DNA of 64,000 nt from an uncultured Candidatus Binatia bacterium (lineage in GTDB: Bacteria > Desulfobacterota > Binatia > Bin18). The stretch spans positions 164,556-228,555 of the forward strand of contig CBDDQA010000003.1 in assembly GCA_965232605.1 (NCBI GenBank). Direction: 5' to 3'. The position numbers were made by a program, and so were the translations under genes. Position 1 is the stretch's first letter, and each line of letters begins with the position of its first letter. Below are positions 18,713 to 26,547 of this stretch, piece after piece. The notes below the pieces were generated by a model. The model was not told where the DNA came from and searched no databases. It saw only the letters and a program-made list of their open reading frames with translations.

Positions 18713-19585
18713 ATGCGGACAAAGCACGTATTGGGCGGTCTGGTCGTGGTTGCCCTGATTGGCGGCTTCAACTCGCAGGCGATGGCTAGGTTTTTCCCCT
18801 GGTGGGCGTTTAACAGCGTCGTTGAGGAAGTCCAGGTCCGGGGGACGCTGAGAGTCGGGCTCGGGCTGTTCGAGCCCTGGTCGGCCTGCAATGCGGACGG
18901 CGAGCTGATCGGCTTCTCAGTCGATGTCGCGACCAAAGTGGCCGAGGACATGAGGGTTGAGGTCGAATTTGTCCGGACGAACTGGAACTATATTATTTCG
19001 TCACTGATCGCCGAGGAGTTCGACGTCATTATCAATGGTATGGCGATCCTTCCAGAACGCAGCCTCAAGGTGAATTTCACGTCCCCGCACAACTTCTCTA
19101 CCGGTACCTACCTGGTGGCGAATACGGCGCAAACCGCAGACCTGGAAACGCTGGCGGATTTTAACAGTTCGGCTGTCACGCTTGTGGCCCATCGGGGAAC
19201 GGCGGCAGTCAATTTTATCGAGAATGTTTTTCCTGAAGCCACGCTACTGCTCGTTGAGAGCGATACCGCTGTCCTCCAGGCCGTCGTCGCCGGAGACGCC
19301 CATGCCGCGGCGGCGTTCGCGACGACGCGGATAACGTGGGTTGACGCCAACCCGAAGACCCTGCACCTGCCCTTCGAGGAGCCGTTTGCCTCGCTACCTG
19401 GGGCGATAGCCATACGCAAAGGGGACCTCGATAGCCTGAATTTCTTCAATACCTGGATCGAGGCCAACACGGCCAGCGGCTGGCTCGACCAGCGTAACAA
19501 ATACTGGTTCGAGACTCGCGAGTGGGCCGACCAGGTCGCGACCGACCCGGACACCGTTGCCGCCTGCGACGCCTCCTTTCAATAG
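18713..19585 (+). CDS. Polar amino-acid ABC transporter substrate-binding protein (family 3), orphan
   Basis: Signal peptide, RGTLRVG, GELIGFSVDVA and ERSLKVNFT motifs; GGGAGG RBS. Confidence 0.88.
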   Translation: MRTKHVLGGLVVVALIGGFNSQAMARFFPWWAFNSVVEEVQVRGTLRVGLGLFEPWSACNADGELIGFSVDVATKVAEDMRVEVEFVRTNWNYIISSLIAEEFDVIINGMAILPERSLKVNFTSPHNFSTGTYLVANTAQTADLETLADFNSSAVTLVAHRGTAAVNFIENVFPEATLLLVESDTAVLQAVVAGDAHAAAAFATTRITWVDANPKTLHLPFEEPFASLPGAIAIRKGDLDSLNFFNTWIEANTASGWLDQRNKYWFETREWADQVATDPDTVAACDASFQ

Positions 19586-19618
19586 AGGGCCGCAGGTCAA
19601 GCCGCACAGACCTCGCCA

Positions 19619-20107
19619 CTAGCCAACAAAAAGCGTGTAGGGTTTACCGTTCAGATGGATGAGTTCCTGCGGGACCAGCAGGCATTTTTCCTGGGAGAGC
19701 ACCCGGCTGGCGATCTCCCGATTGATAGGCGGGACCTGCTCCAACTGCTCAATCTGCTCCAGGGTCAAATACTCGGCGCGGTCAACCTCTTCCATATCGG
19801 GTGTGGGTTCACCGCTCAGCGGTTTCATCAGCAGGACGATGTACAGGCTGTTGCCAATGTCGGGATCACACCGATTCCGCAGGCCAACGACGCCCTGCAC
19901 CGCTCCGGTCACGCCGGCTTCCTCCCGGACCTCGCGGACAACGGCCTTTTCGATGGTTTCGTCCGGCTCGACAAAGCCGCCCGGCACCTGCCAGTTCCCC
20001 CTGCCCCGCCGTGAGGCGCGGCGCACGAGCAAAAGGCGGTTGTCGCGCACGACCGCCCCACCAACGCCAAGGTTGTAGCCGCGGTTATACCGTTCGGGAA
20101 TGGGCAT
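19619..20107 (-). CDS. Nudix hydrolase
   Basis: Nudix box GGFVEPDETIEKAVVREVREEAG. Confidence 0.92.
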   Translation of the reverse strand: MPIPERYNRGYNLGVGGAVVRDNRLLLVRRASRRGRGNWQVPGGFVEPDETIEKAVVREVREEAGVTGAVQGVVGLRNRCDPDIGNSLYIVLLMKPLSGEPTPDMEEVDRAEYLTLEQIEQLEQVPPINREIASRVLSQEKCLLVPQELIHLNGKPYTLFVG

Positions 20108-20133
20108 GGATACGGAGTGGAGTCGCGCAGCTA

Positions 20134-20280
20134 TTACGGAGTGACCTGGGGCAACACGAACTTAAGGAGGGCAAAGACCAAAGCCACAATAGTCAGGGTT
20201 TGACCGATCATGAGCTTGAGAATTTTTGCCTCAAGTTCGTTCAAATCGGCTTTTGTCGCCACGTCCGACTGTAGCATCAC
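20134..20280 (-). pseudogene. 48-aa ORF resembling the C-terminal coiled coil and TM segment of DUF1640/CCDC90-like proteins
   Basis: Manual translation (V)MLQSDVATKADLNELEAKILKLMIGQTLTIVALVFALLKFVLPQVTP*; ATKADL motif. Confidence 0.55.
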
Positions 20281-20330
20281 GTTCGGGGCAGAGCAATGTA
20301 AAGGGGAGACGCTGGTGTCTCCCGGTCGTA

Positions 20331-21116
20331 TTACGACAGCACCATGGGCAGCCCCAGGTACTCGTTATACATCAAGTCCCGATGTTCGAGCAGAGCGGGG
20401 TCGAGCGCTTTTTCAATCGCCGGATTGGGGAACTCGAAGGCCGCGCGTAAGACATCCATAATTTTACACTGCTCGGGCGGCAGCGGTTTCATCAGGGCGC
20501 AAAACGTGGCCCAGTAGAAGTCCAGGGCCGTGACGTGTTCGCCCATAAGGAAGCGGTTGCCTTTTGCCTGCTCGGCTTTGAGACGGACGGACAGCAGGCT
20601 CAGCACGTCGGTTACCCGTTTGGTCGCCTCCGGGCCGATGCCGGGCCGATAGCCGTATTTCGCACCAAGATAGTGGCCCATCTCGGCCGGAATCGGGTAG
20701 TCCACATCCGGGTCTATGGCGGCGTCACACATCATGAGACGAGCGGACCAGCCCAGGCCCATTTCGCCGCAGATTTCATACGAGAGCCCGAACATCAGCG
20801 CGCGTTGCTCCGGGTCCGCCGGAATCAGGCCGGGCTCGGGCTGGAGGCGTTCGAGCAGGAGCAGGATCTCCGCCCAGCCGGACCGGGGCGCTTCGTCTTC
20901 ATACATGGCGGACGGCGCGCTATCTTCGCCCGTCCACTCCACCAAGCCCTTATTGGCCGCGGGGTCACCCGGCATATAGAGCGTGGCGGTAAAGGGAATA
21001 TCCTTGGTCTTGAGCATCCCCTTGATCGCTTCTCCCCACGGGCTCGGCGCATTGGCCACAAACGTCAGGCGCAGACCCGAGGCCTGCTTGGCTTCTTCCA
21101 GACTGACAAACTGCAT
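20331..21116 (-). CDS. Glutathione S-transferase-like protein
   Basis: PSPWGEAIK N-terminal motif, SAP, LIPADPEQRA, and C-terminal FLMGEHVTALD capping motif. Confidence 0.7.
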   Translation of the reverse strand: MQFVSLEEAKQASGLRLTFVANAPSPWGEAIKGMLKTKDIPFTATLYMPGDPAANKGLVEWTGEDSAPSAMYEDEAPRSGWAEILLLLERLQPEPGLIPADPEQRALMFGLSYEICGEMGLGWSARLMMCDAAIDPDVDYPIPAEMGHYLGAKYGYRPGIGPEATKRVTDVLSLLSVRLKAEQAKGNRFLMGEHVTALDFYWATFCALMKPLPPEQCKIMDVLRAAFEFPNPAIEKALDPALLEHRDLMYNEYLGLPMVLS

Positions 21117-21226
21117 ACTGTCCTCCTTCGCTTCGTTCTGATGACGCGGCATTCTAGCGGAATAGTGCGGCCGGCGCGATACGCGGAGACTTGATCTCCA
21201 TCTCTTCCGCGGTTAGCTTCGAGCCC

Positions 21227-21760
21227 ATGCCAACCCCGGCCGTTACGCGCAACCCGTTTTCCTGGTTTTTGCTCCTCGGCTTGCTCCTGAGCGGATTTCT
21301 GATCTGGCTGATTTACTATAAGCCGGCGGCCACCACAGAGGGAGAGTGGGTGGCCTGCCTTCCGGCGGCCAACGCCTGTTTTAACGCCCTGTGCGCTGGC
21401 TGTTTGATCGGCGGGTTTGTCAACATCAAGCGCGGCAACCGGGAAAGGCATATACGCTGTATGCTGGCCGCGCTCGGGTTCTCAGTCCTCTTTCTGGTGA
21501 GTTATATCGTCTATCACCATTTTCATGGTGATACCCCTTTTCCCGGTCAGGGACCGATTCGGCTGCTGTATTTTTTCATCCTGATCAGCCACATCGTGCT
21601 GTCCATTATCGCCCTGCCCCTGGTCTTCACCACGCTCTACCATGCGGCCCGCCAACAGTTTGAGGCCCACAAAAAGATCGCGCGCTACACCTTCCCGGTC
21701 TGGCTCTACGTCTCGGTCACCGGCGTGCTCGTCTTCTTTTTGCTCAGGGCCTATACGTGA
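21227..21760 (+). CDS. DUF420 family membrane protein
   Basis: NACFNA, HIRCML, FLVSYIVYH, LISHIVL and HKKIARYTFPVWLYVSVTGV motifs. Confidence 0.92.
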   Translation: MPTPAVTRNPFSWFLLLGLLLSGFLIWLIYYKPAATTEGEWVACLPAANACFNALCAGCLIGGFVNIKRGNRERHIRCMLAALGFSVLFLVSYIVYHHFHGDTPFPGQGPIRLLYFFILISHIVLSIIALPLVFTTLYHAARQQFEAHKKIARYTFPVWLYVSVTGVLVFFLLRAYT

Positions 21761-21762
21761 AT
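21664..21762 (+). repeat. 99-bp direct repeat, copy 1 (3' end of the DUF420 gene)
   Basis: Identical to 22622-22720. Confidence 0.95.
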
Positions 21763-21770
21763 AAAGGGCA

Positions 21771-21808
21771 ACCCACCCCAGCCTTCGGTCCCCCTTCTCG
21801 GAGGGGAT
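21771..21808. repeat. Degenerate single Family-A REP-like unit
   Basis: ACCCACCCCAGCCTTCGGTCCCCCTTCTCGGAGGGGAT. Confidence 0.6.
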
Positions 21809-21934
21809 CAGGAAGGATGTATGACGACCCAGCCTCAAGATGGCCGACGAGTATGCCACACCACCAACCAGCGCTTGTGGTCATCTTCCGAATGATGATA
21901 TCGCTTTCTCAATACACTGATATCGGATGAGACT

Positions 21935-22183
21935 ATGGGCAAAGTGCTTGTCAGAACAGTAATCAGCCTGGATGACGAACAGAAGGCGTGGCTGGACCGG
22001 CAGGCCGCATTGCGCCGCGTATCCATGGCCTCGCTGATTCGCCAGGCGGTCAGCGAATTTCGTATGCGGGAGCAGCGCGGCTCGGCTACCTCGTTTCGGG
22101 AGGTGCTCAAGCAGACGGCGGGCATCTGGCAGGGCGGGGACGGACTCGAGTACCAGGAGCGTATTCGCAAGGAATGGCCCTGA
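21935..22183 (+). CDS. CopG/RHH antitoxin (VapB-like)
   Basis: VRTVISLDDEQKAWLD...SMASLIRQAV; upstream of a PIN gene; TGATATCG occurs twice at 21896-21929 (candidate operator). Confidence 0.85.
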   Translation: MGKVLVRTVISLDDEQKAWLDRQAALRRVSMASLIRQAVSEFRMREQRGSATSFREVLKQTAGIWQGGDGLEYQERIRKEWP

Positions 22184-22186
22184 GGG

Positions 22187-22591
22187 ATGGCCAGATATCT
22201 GCTCGACTCGGTCATCGTCATCGATCACTTTAACGGCGTCGAGGCGGCGACGGAGTTTCTTGCCGCCCACGGGCGCGATTGCGTGATTTCCGTCATCACC
22301 CGTGCGGAGACGCTTGCTGGATTCCCTGCGGCATCGGAGTCCTTGGCCCGCGAGCTATTGGACACGTTTGCGACGTTACCCGTAACCGTCGAAGTCGCCG
22401 ATGCCGCCGCACAGTTGAGGCGTACCCAGCGCTGGAAACTTCCGGATGCGATTCAGGCGGCCATCGCCATTCAGCAAGGTCTGACATTGGTCACGCGAAA
22501 CACTCGGGACTTCAAGGCTGGCGGCCCGGTCGCGGTGGAAACTCCATATCAAATACCCAATCCGCCTAAAAGGAAGAATAACGCCACATGA
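22187..22591 (+). CDS. vapC: VapC family PIN-domain toxin
   Basis: YLLDSVIVID, SVITRAE, KLPDAIQAA and LVTRNTRDF motifs. Confidence 0.92.
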   Translation: MARYLLDSVIVIDHFNGVEAATEFLAAHGRDCVISVITRAETLAGFPAASESLARELLDTFATLPVTVEVADAAAQLRRTQRWKLPDAIQAAIAIQQGLTLVTRNTRDFKAGGPVAVETPYQIPNPPKRKNNAT

Positions 22592-22621
22592 ATGATGTCG
22601 GGGCACGCTACGGCTTGTTGG

Positions 22622-22720
22622 GGCCCACAAAAAGATCGCGCGCTACACCTTCCCGGTCTGGCTCTACGTCTCGGTCACCGGCGTGCTCGTCTTCTTTTTG
22701 CTCAGGGCCTATACGTGAAT
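22622..22720 (+). repeat. 99-bp direct repeat, copy 2 (orphan DUF420 3' end)
   Basis: Identical to 21664-21762. Confidence 0.95.
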
Positions 22721-22846
22721 CTTGTGAGTGTTTTTTAGTTCAAGTTTTGGGCGATATTTGAGCATCGCCCACGCTACCTGTTCCGGCGCCGCGCCTTGGG
22801 AGTTAGCCTTGGAATAGACTTTCTTCTTGTATTCCTCTTTTTTCAT
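22709..22846 (-). CDS. Small basic hypothetical protein (45 aa)
   Basis: MKKEEYKKKVYSKANSQGAAPEQVAWAMLKYRPKLELKNTHKIHV*; ATGA coupling to the upstream ORF and AAGGAGG upstream. Confidence 0.45.
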   Translation of the reverse strand: MKKEEYKKKVYSKANSQGAAPEQVAWAMLKYRPKLELKNTHKIHV

Positions 22847-23067
22847 TCCGTGTAGCTCTCTCCCTCCTTCCTATAGTATTTGTTCGATTGTTCTTTGTTA
22901 ATTTGCGATTCCTTGTACCATTTCTCCAAATCCCCCACTGGATCAAAAAGAAGAAGGATCAGCCAAGACAGCCCTAAGGAAAATGGGAAAGGTAGCCACG
23001 CGGCTGCGAATAGTGCCGCAGTAATGACCATCCCTACACGAGTGAAGGTAGCGATACATCGCAGCAT
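22843..23067 (-). CDS. Small membrane hypothetical protein in a low-GC insert
   Basis: 74 aa, two hydrophobic segments, GAGGAAG RBS. Confidence 0.5.
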   Translation of the reverse strand: MLRCIATFTRVGMVITAALFAAAWLPFPFSLGLSWLILLLFDPVGDLEKWYKESQINKEQSNKYYRKEGESYTE

Positions 23068-23197
23068 AGCTTCCTCATGGTGCTTGTTGTATTGAGCAGG
23101 CGGCTCAACTCAGCACGTCGTTGCGAGATATGGACGGGGGTAAGGTAGCAAACCTCTATATTCTTGACAATTCTCTGTTGCCCCACCACGGTACGAA

Positions 23198-23234
23198 TAT
23201 CCTTACGACTGCAACCATCGCAGTCGTAAGGATA
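23198..23234. other. Perfect 15-bp-stem hairpin abutting the third copy of the DUF420 end
   Basis: TATCCTTACGACTGC-AACCATC-GCAGTCGTAAGGATA. Confidence 0.85.
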
Positions 23235-23311
23235 AGAGCCTATACGTGAATAGAGGGCACCCCCTGCCGTTGACGCGGCACCGCATGGAGACAGGTGGCC
23301 GGTCTCGGTGC

Positions 23312-23653
23312 TCACGGAGTCGCAGTTTGGGCGCCCCTCGTCTCTCTTCCCTCCGCGCCAAGCGCCTGCACGACCGCATCCGGATCGTGGTCTATCACGG
23401 TCAGCAGCACGCGGGCGGCCCGGTCTGGAACCCGGCGGCCCTGTTCCCAGTCCTGCACGGCGCGCACATCGAGGCCAAAACGGTCTGCGAACTTCTGTCG
23501 GCTCAGCTTCAGACGTTTGCGAAGAGCGACGATCCGCCCCGCGCTGGGGTCGTCCACGATCCGGCAGGAAAGCGCTGTCTCCTCGCGCACATGGGCAAGC
23601 ACCTCGCCCAGGGCGGTTTCAATCTCTTGACCGATAGTGGTGCGTTCCTTCAT
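23312..23653 (-). CDS. HTH (XRE/HigA-like) antitoxin
   Basis: LRKRLKLSRQKFADRFG...VQDWEQGRRVP..AARVLL; ATGA overlap with the toxin gene. Confidence 0.88.
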   Translation of the reverse strand: MKERTTIGQEIETALGEVLAHVREETALSCRIVDDPSAGRIVALRKRLKLSRQKFADRFGLDVRAVQDWEQGRRVPDRAARVLLTVIDHDPDAVVQALGAEGRETRGAQTATP

Positions 23654-23979
23654 TTTTCTCGCCTCTCTTTTCTGATCGCCGCTACCAGCTTGGACAACGC
23701 CTTGACGTCCGCCGCCGTCAGATCGTCGCGGTCCGCCTTCGCATAGGCCGTCAGCATGTAGATGGCTGCGGGGCCAAGGTAGAAGTAGATTACGCGAATG
23801 CCCCCCCGCTTGCCACGACCGGAACCGGCCCAACGCAACTTGCGGATGCCGCCCGTCCCCCGGATGACCGGTGCCGTGTCGGGAGCGGACATGATCGTCG
23901 CTTCCATTGCCCTCCGGGCCTGTGGCGAAAGCAGCTTGCGAATGGCACGTTCATAAGTGCGGGTAAAGTACAGGTGCAT
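23650..23979 (-). CDS. RelE/HigB-2 family toxin
   Basis: IRGTGGIRKLRW, GKRGGIRVIY and YAK..DDL motifs. Confidence 0.9.
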   Translation of the reverse strand: MHLYFTRTYERAIRKLLSPQARRAMEATIMSAPDTAPVIRGTGGIRKLRWAGSGRGKRGGIRVIYFYLGPAAIYMLTAYAKADRDDLTAADVKALSKLVAAIRKERREK

Positions 23980-24009
23980 GGGCTGTTAATCATGCGGCAT
24001 TGCCGCAGT

Positions 24010-24120
24010 CTTGGCAAGACACCGTTCAATGGCAAAGGCAGCCTGGGGCAGATGTATAAGCTCTTCGGCGAGCGGATAGATGCTGTGATTGATGAGTTGA
24101 ATGAGGTGGTAGGGCGATGA
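24010..24120 (+). pseudogene. hsdR: 3'-terminal remnant of a type I restriction endonuclease R subunit
   Basis: Manual translation TPFNGKGSLGQMYKLFGERIDAVIDELNEVVGR* matches the HsdR C-terminal pattern (PF..GG.G..Y.LFG.....I.ELN). Confidence 0.65.
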
Positions 24121-24135
24121 GAAGACAGCCTTCGG

Positions 24136-26403
24136 TTACGCGTGCAGCGTAATCGGCTCAAGCGCATCACCCTGCGCCTGGACCGTGCCGATAAGGGCCG
24201 CGTCCTGATAGCCGAGCGCCTGAAGCTCCCGGACGCAGGCCTGAGCCTGTTCTGCCGGGACGCTGGCCAGGAGTCCGCCGGCGGTCTGCGGGTCGAACAG
24301 CAGCGCGTAGTGCGGGTGCCGGGCCGCTCGCTCTACCTCGCGAATGGCCCGCCGCAGCCGGACATTCTGGGGTTGCAGGGACGAAAAAATACCCTTCAGA
24401 ACGACCTCCAGCGCACCGGGCAGGATCGGCAGCCGTTCCATATTGAGAACCGCGTCAACAGCCGAGGCACGGACCATTTCGACCAGATGGCCCAGCAGGC
24501 CGAATCCGGTCACGTCGGTCATGGCGGTCGCGCCGTGCTGACGCAGGCAGTCCGCTCCGGCCCGATTTGACTGCCGCATGGAGGCGAGCGCGGCTTCGAC
24601 CCAGCGGCCTTTGGCCTTGTGTCGCATGTCTGCGGCAAACAGCGTGCCGGTTCCCAGCGCCTTAGTCAGAATCAGCGCTTGGCCCGGCTGCATGCCACTT
24701 TTTTTCAGCACGGATTCCTGGCTGGCCAGACCGTTGATGGCAAAGCCGAGCGCCAGTTCGCTGCCCTCACTGGTATGCCCGCCAACCAGAGCCGTATGTT
24801 CCCGGTTAAGGACCTCCAAGGCCCCGGCCATGAGCTGGGTGAGCTGGTCCCGGACCTTGTGTTCCAGGCCATACGGGATGGTGACCATGGCCAGGGCGGT
24901 CTGCGGCTCCGCGCCCATGGCAAAGATATCACCCAGGGCGTGGGTGGCTGCGATTTGGCCGAAGACAAACGGGTCTTCAATAAAGGCCCGGAAAAAATCA
25001 ACGGTCTGTACCAGCGCTTTTCCGGGCGGGACGGTGACCACTGCCGCATCGTCCGGCGCGTGCAGGCCGACAATGACATCGGAGCGGTCAACCGGCTCAA
25101 GGCGCGCCAGAGCCTGGTTCAAGACCGTACTGCCGATCTTGGACCCACAGCCGCCGCACCGCATGGCAAAGGCGGAAATCTCCTTGAGGACCTGGGCATC
25201 GGCCAGTCCCTGCTCTACCTGGGCCGGCTCGTCGTCAGGCATATCCGGCAGCTCGTTGTATTTGCGGATAAAGCGTCGGTCGATCCAGTCTTTCCACTGC
25301 CAGACCCACCTCCCCTCACACGCCCAGCGTGAACGCGAGGCCACCGCATATTGGTCTCCGGTAGAGATCAGGCTCAGAAACTGCTTTTGCGGCGCAAAGG
25401 CTTTGACGGACTGGCCGCGCAGGAAACGGCGCAGATTCTTCGCCAGCGGCGGGCCCTGGCGGACGGCGAACACACCCGATTTTGGACGGGGGTGGTTGAC
25501 GACTGCGGCAATATCCCCGGCGGCAAACACCTCGGGATGGGAAACCGACTGGAGCGTGTCCTGCACGGCGATAAAGCCCTGCTCGTCGGTGGCCAGGCCG
25601 GCCTCTCCCGGCCAGCCGGCGGCACCGGCCGTGGTGACCCACAGCATCTCGTCCAGAGCGAGTTGGGTGTCATCGGCAAACCGCACGCACCCTTCGGCAG
25701 CGCCGGTGACGAGACAATCCGTTCGGACTTCGACACCACGTTGCTGGAGAATACGCCTGAACGCGGCCCGGACACGCGGGTTGTGGGTCGGCAGAATCTC
25801 GGCTGTCCCGCTGATGAGATAGAAGACGAGATGGTCGGCAGACCGCCCCTGCTGGGCGAGCAGATGTGCGAGACGATACTGGACGGCCAGCAGGAGTTCC
25901 ACGCTTCCGGCTCCGCCACCGATAACGCCGATTGTCGTGCGTGCGGTCCGGGCCAGACAGCGCGCGCGAAGCTGTTCCCAATGCCGCCAAAAACCGTCTA
26001 TGGGCTTGACGGCCACACCGGTGTGCCCGGCACCGGGTATATGCGCAACAGCCGGTGTGGCCCCGATATTAACGGACAAGGCATCATAGGCCACGGGTGG
26101 CCGGGTACGACACACGACCTGCTTGTTGGTCAGGTCCAGGCCGACCGCTTCATCGTGAAAAAACTGCGCTCCGGCGAACCGGGACAGCGGCCCAAGATCG
26201 ATATGGGCCTGATCGAAGGTGTAATGCCCGGCGATATAGCCGGGCAACATGCCGGAATACGGCGCGTGCGTATCGCGGCAAATCAACGTCACGCGGACAC
26301 CCGGCAGCGGCTTCATGCCAAAGCGTTTCAGCACGGTGACATGACTGTGGCCACCGCCGACCAGGACCAAATCTTTGACTATCGGAGTGGATGGCGGCCT
26401 CAC
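24136..26403 (-). CDS. selD: Selenide, water dikinase fused to an N-terminal FAD/NAD oxidoreductase domain
   Basis: N-terminal [15 protein letters not shown] and FAAGD; C-terminal CGGCGSK, DDAAV, QTVDFF, GGHT and [12 protein letters not shown]. Confidence 0.93.
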   Translation of the reverse strand: MRPPSTPIVKDLVLVGGGHSHVTVLKRFGMKPLPGVRVTLICRDTHAPYSGMLPGYIAGHYTFDQAHIDLGPLSRFAGAQFFHDEAVGLDLTNKQVVCRTRPPVAYDALSVNIGATPAVAHIPGAGHTGVAVKPIDGFWRHWEQLRARCLARTARTTIGVIGGGAGSVELLLAVQYRLAHLLAQQGRSADHLVFYLISGTAEILPTHNPRVRAAFRRILQQRGVEVRTDCLVTGAAEGCVRFADDTQLALDEMLWVTTAGAAGWPGEAGLATDEQGFIAVQDTLQSVSHPEVFAAGDIAAVVNHPRPKSGVFAVRQGPPLAKNLRRFLRGQSVKAFAPQKQFLSLISTGDQYAVASRSRWACEGRWVWQWKDWIDRRFIRKYNELPDMPDDEPAQVEQGLADAQVLKEISAFAMRCGGCGSKIGSTVLNQALARLEPVDRSDVIVGLHAPDDAAVVTVPPGKALVQTVDFFRAFIEDPFVFGQIAATHALGDIFAMGAEPQTALAMVTIPYGLEHKVRDQLTQLMAGALEVLNREHTALVGGHTSEGSELALGFAINGLASQESVLKKSGMQPGQALILTKALGTGTLFAADMRHKAKGRWVEAALASMRQSNRAGADCLRQHGATAMTDVTGFGLLGHLVEMVRASAVDAVLNMERLPILPGALEVVLKGIFSSLQPQNVRLRRAIREVERAARHPHYALLFDPQTAGGLLASVPAEQAQACVRELQALGYQDAALIGTVQAQGDALEPITLHA

Positions 26404-26425
26404 AAAAGCGATCCTTCAGTACCGT

Positions 26426-26519
26426 AGGAACCCACCCCGGCCTTCGGCCACCCCTCCCAGGAGGGGATTTTATGCTTCTCCCACCCCCTCTTTGCACCGC
26501 ACCGCGGTGGGGTGGGTTC
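26426..26519. repeat. Family-A REP-like doublet (second arm degenerate)
   Basis: AGGAACCCACCCCGGCCTTCGGCCACCCCTCCCAGGAGGGGA...GGGGTGGGTTC. Confidence 0.8.
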
Positions 26520-26547
26520 TCGTTCTGAAGCAAAAAACGACCGGACG

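Noticed and set aside
25140-25165. Selenocysteine in SelD
   Set aside because: The codons are TGC and TGT; there is no in-frame TGA.
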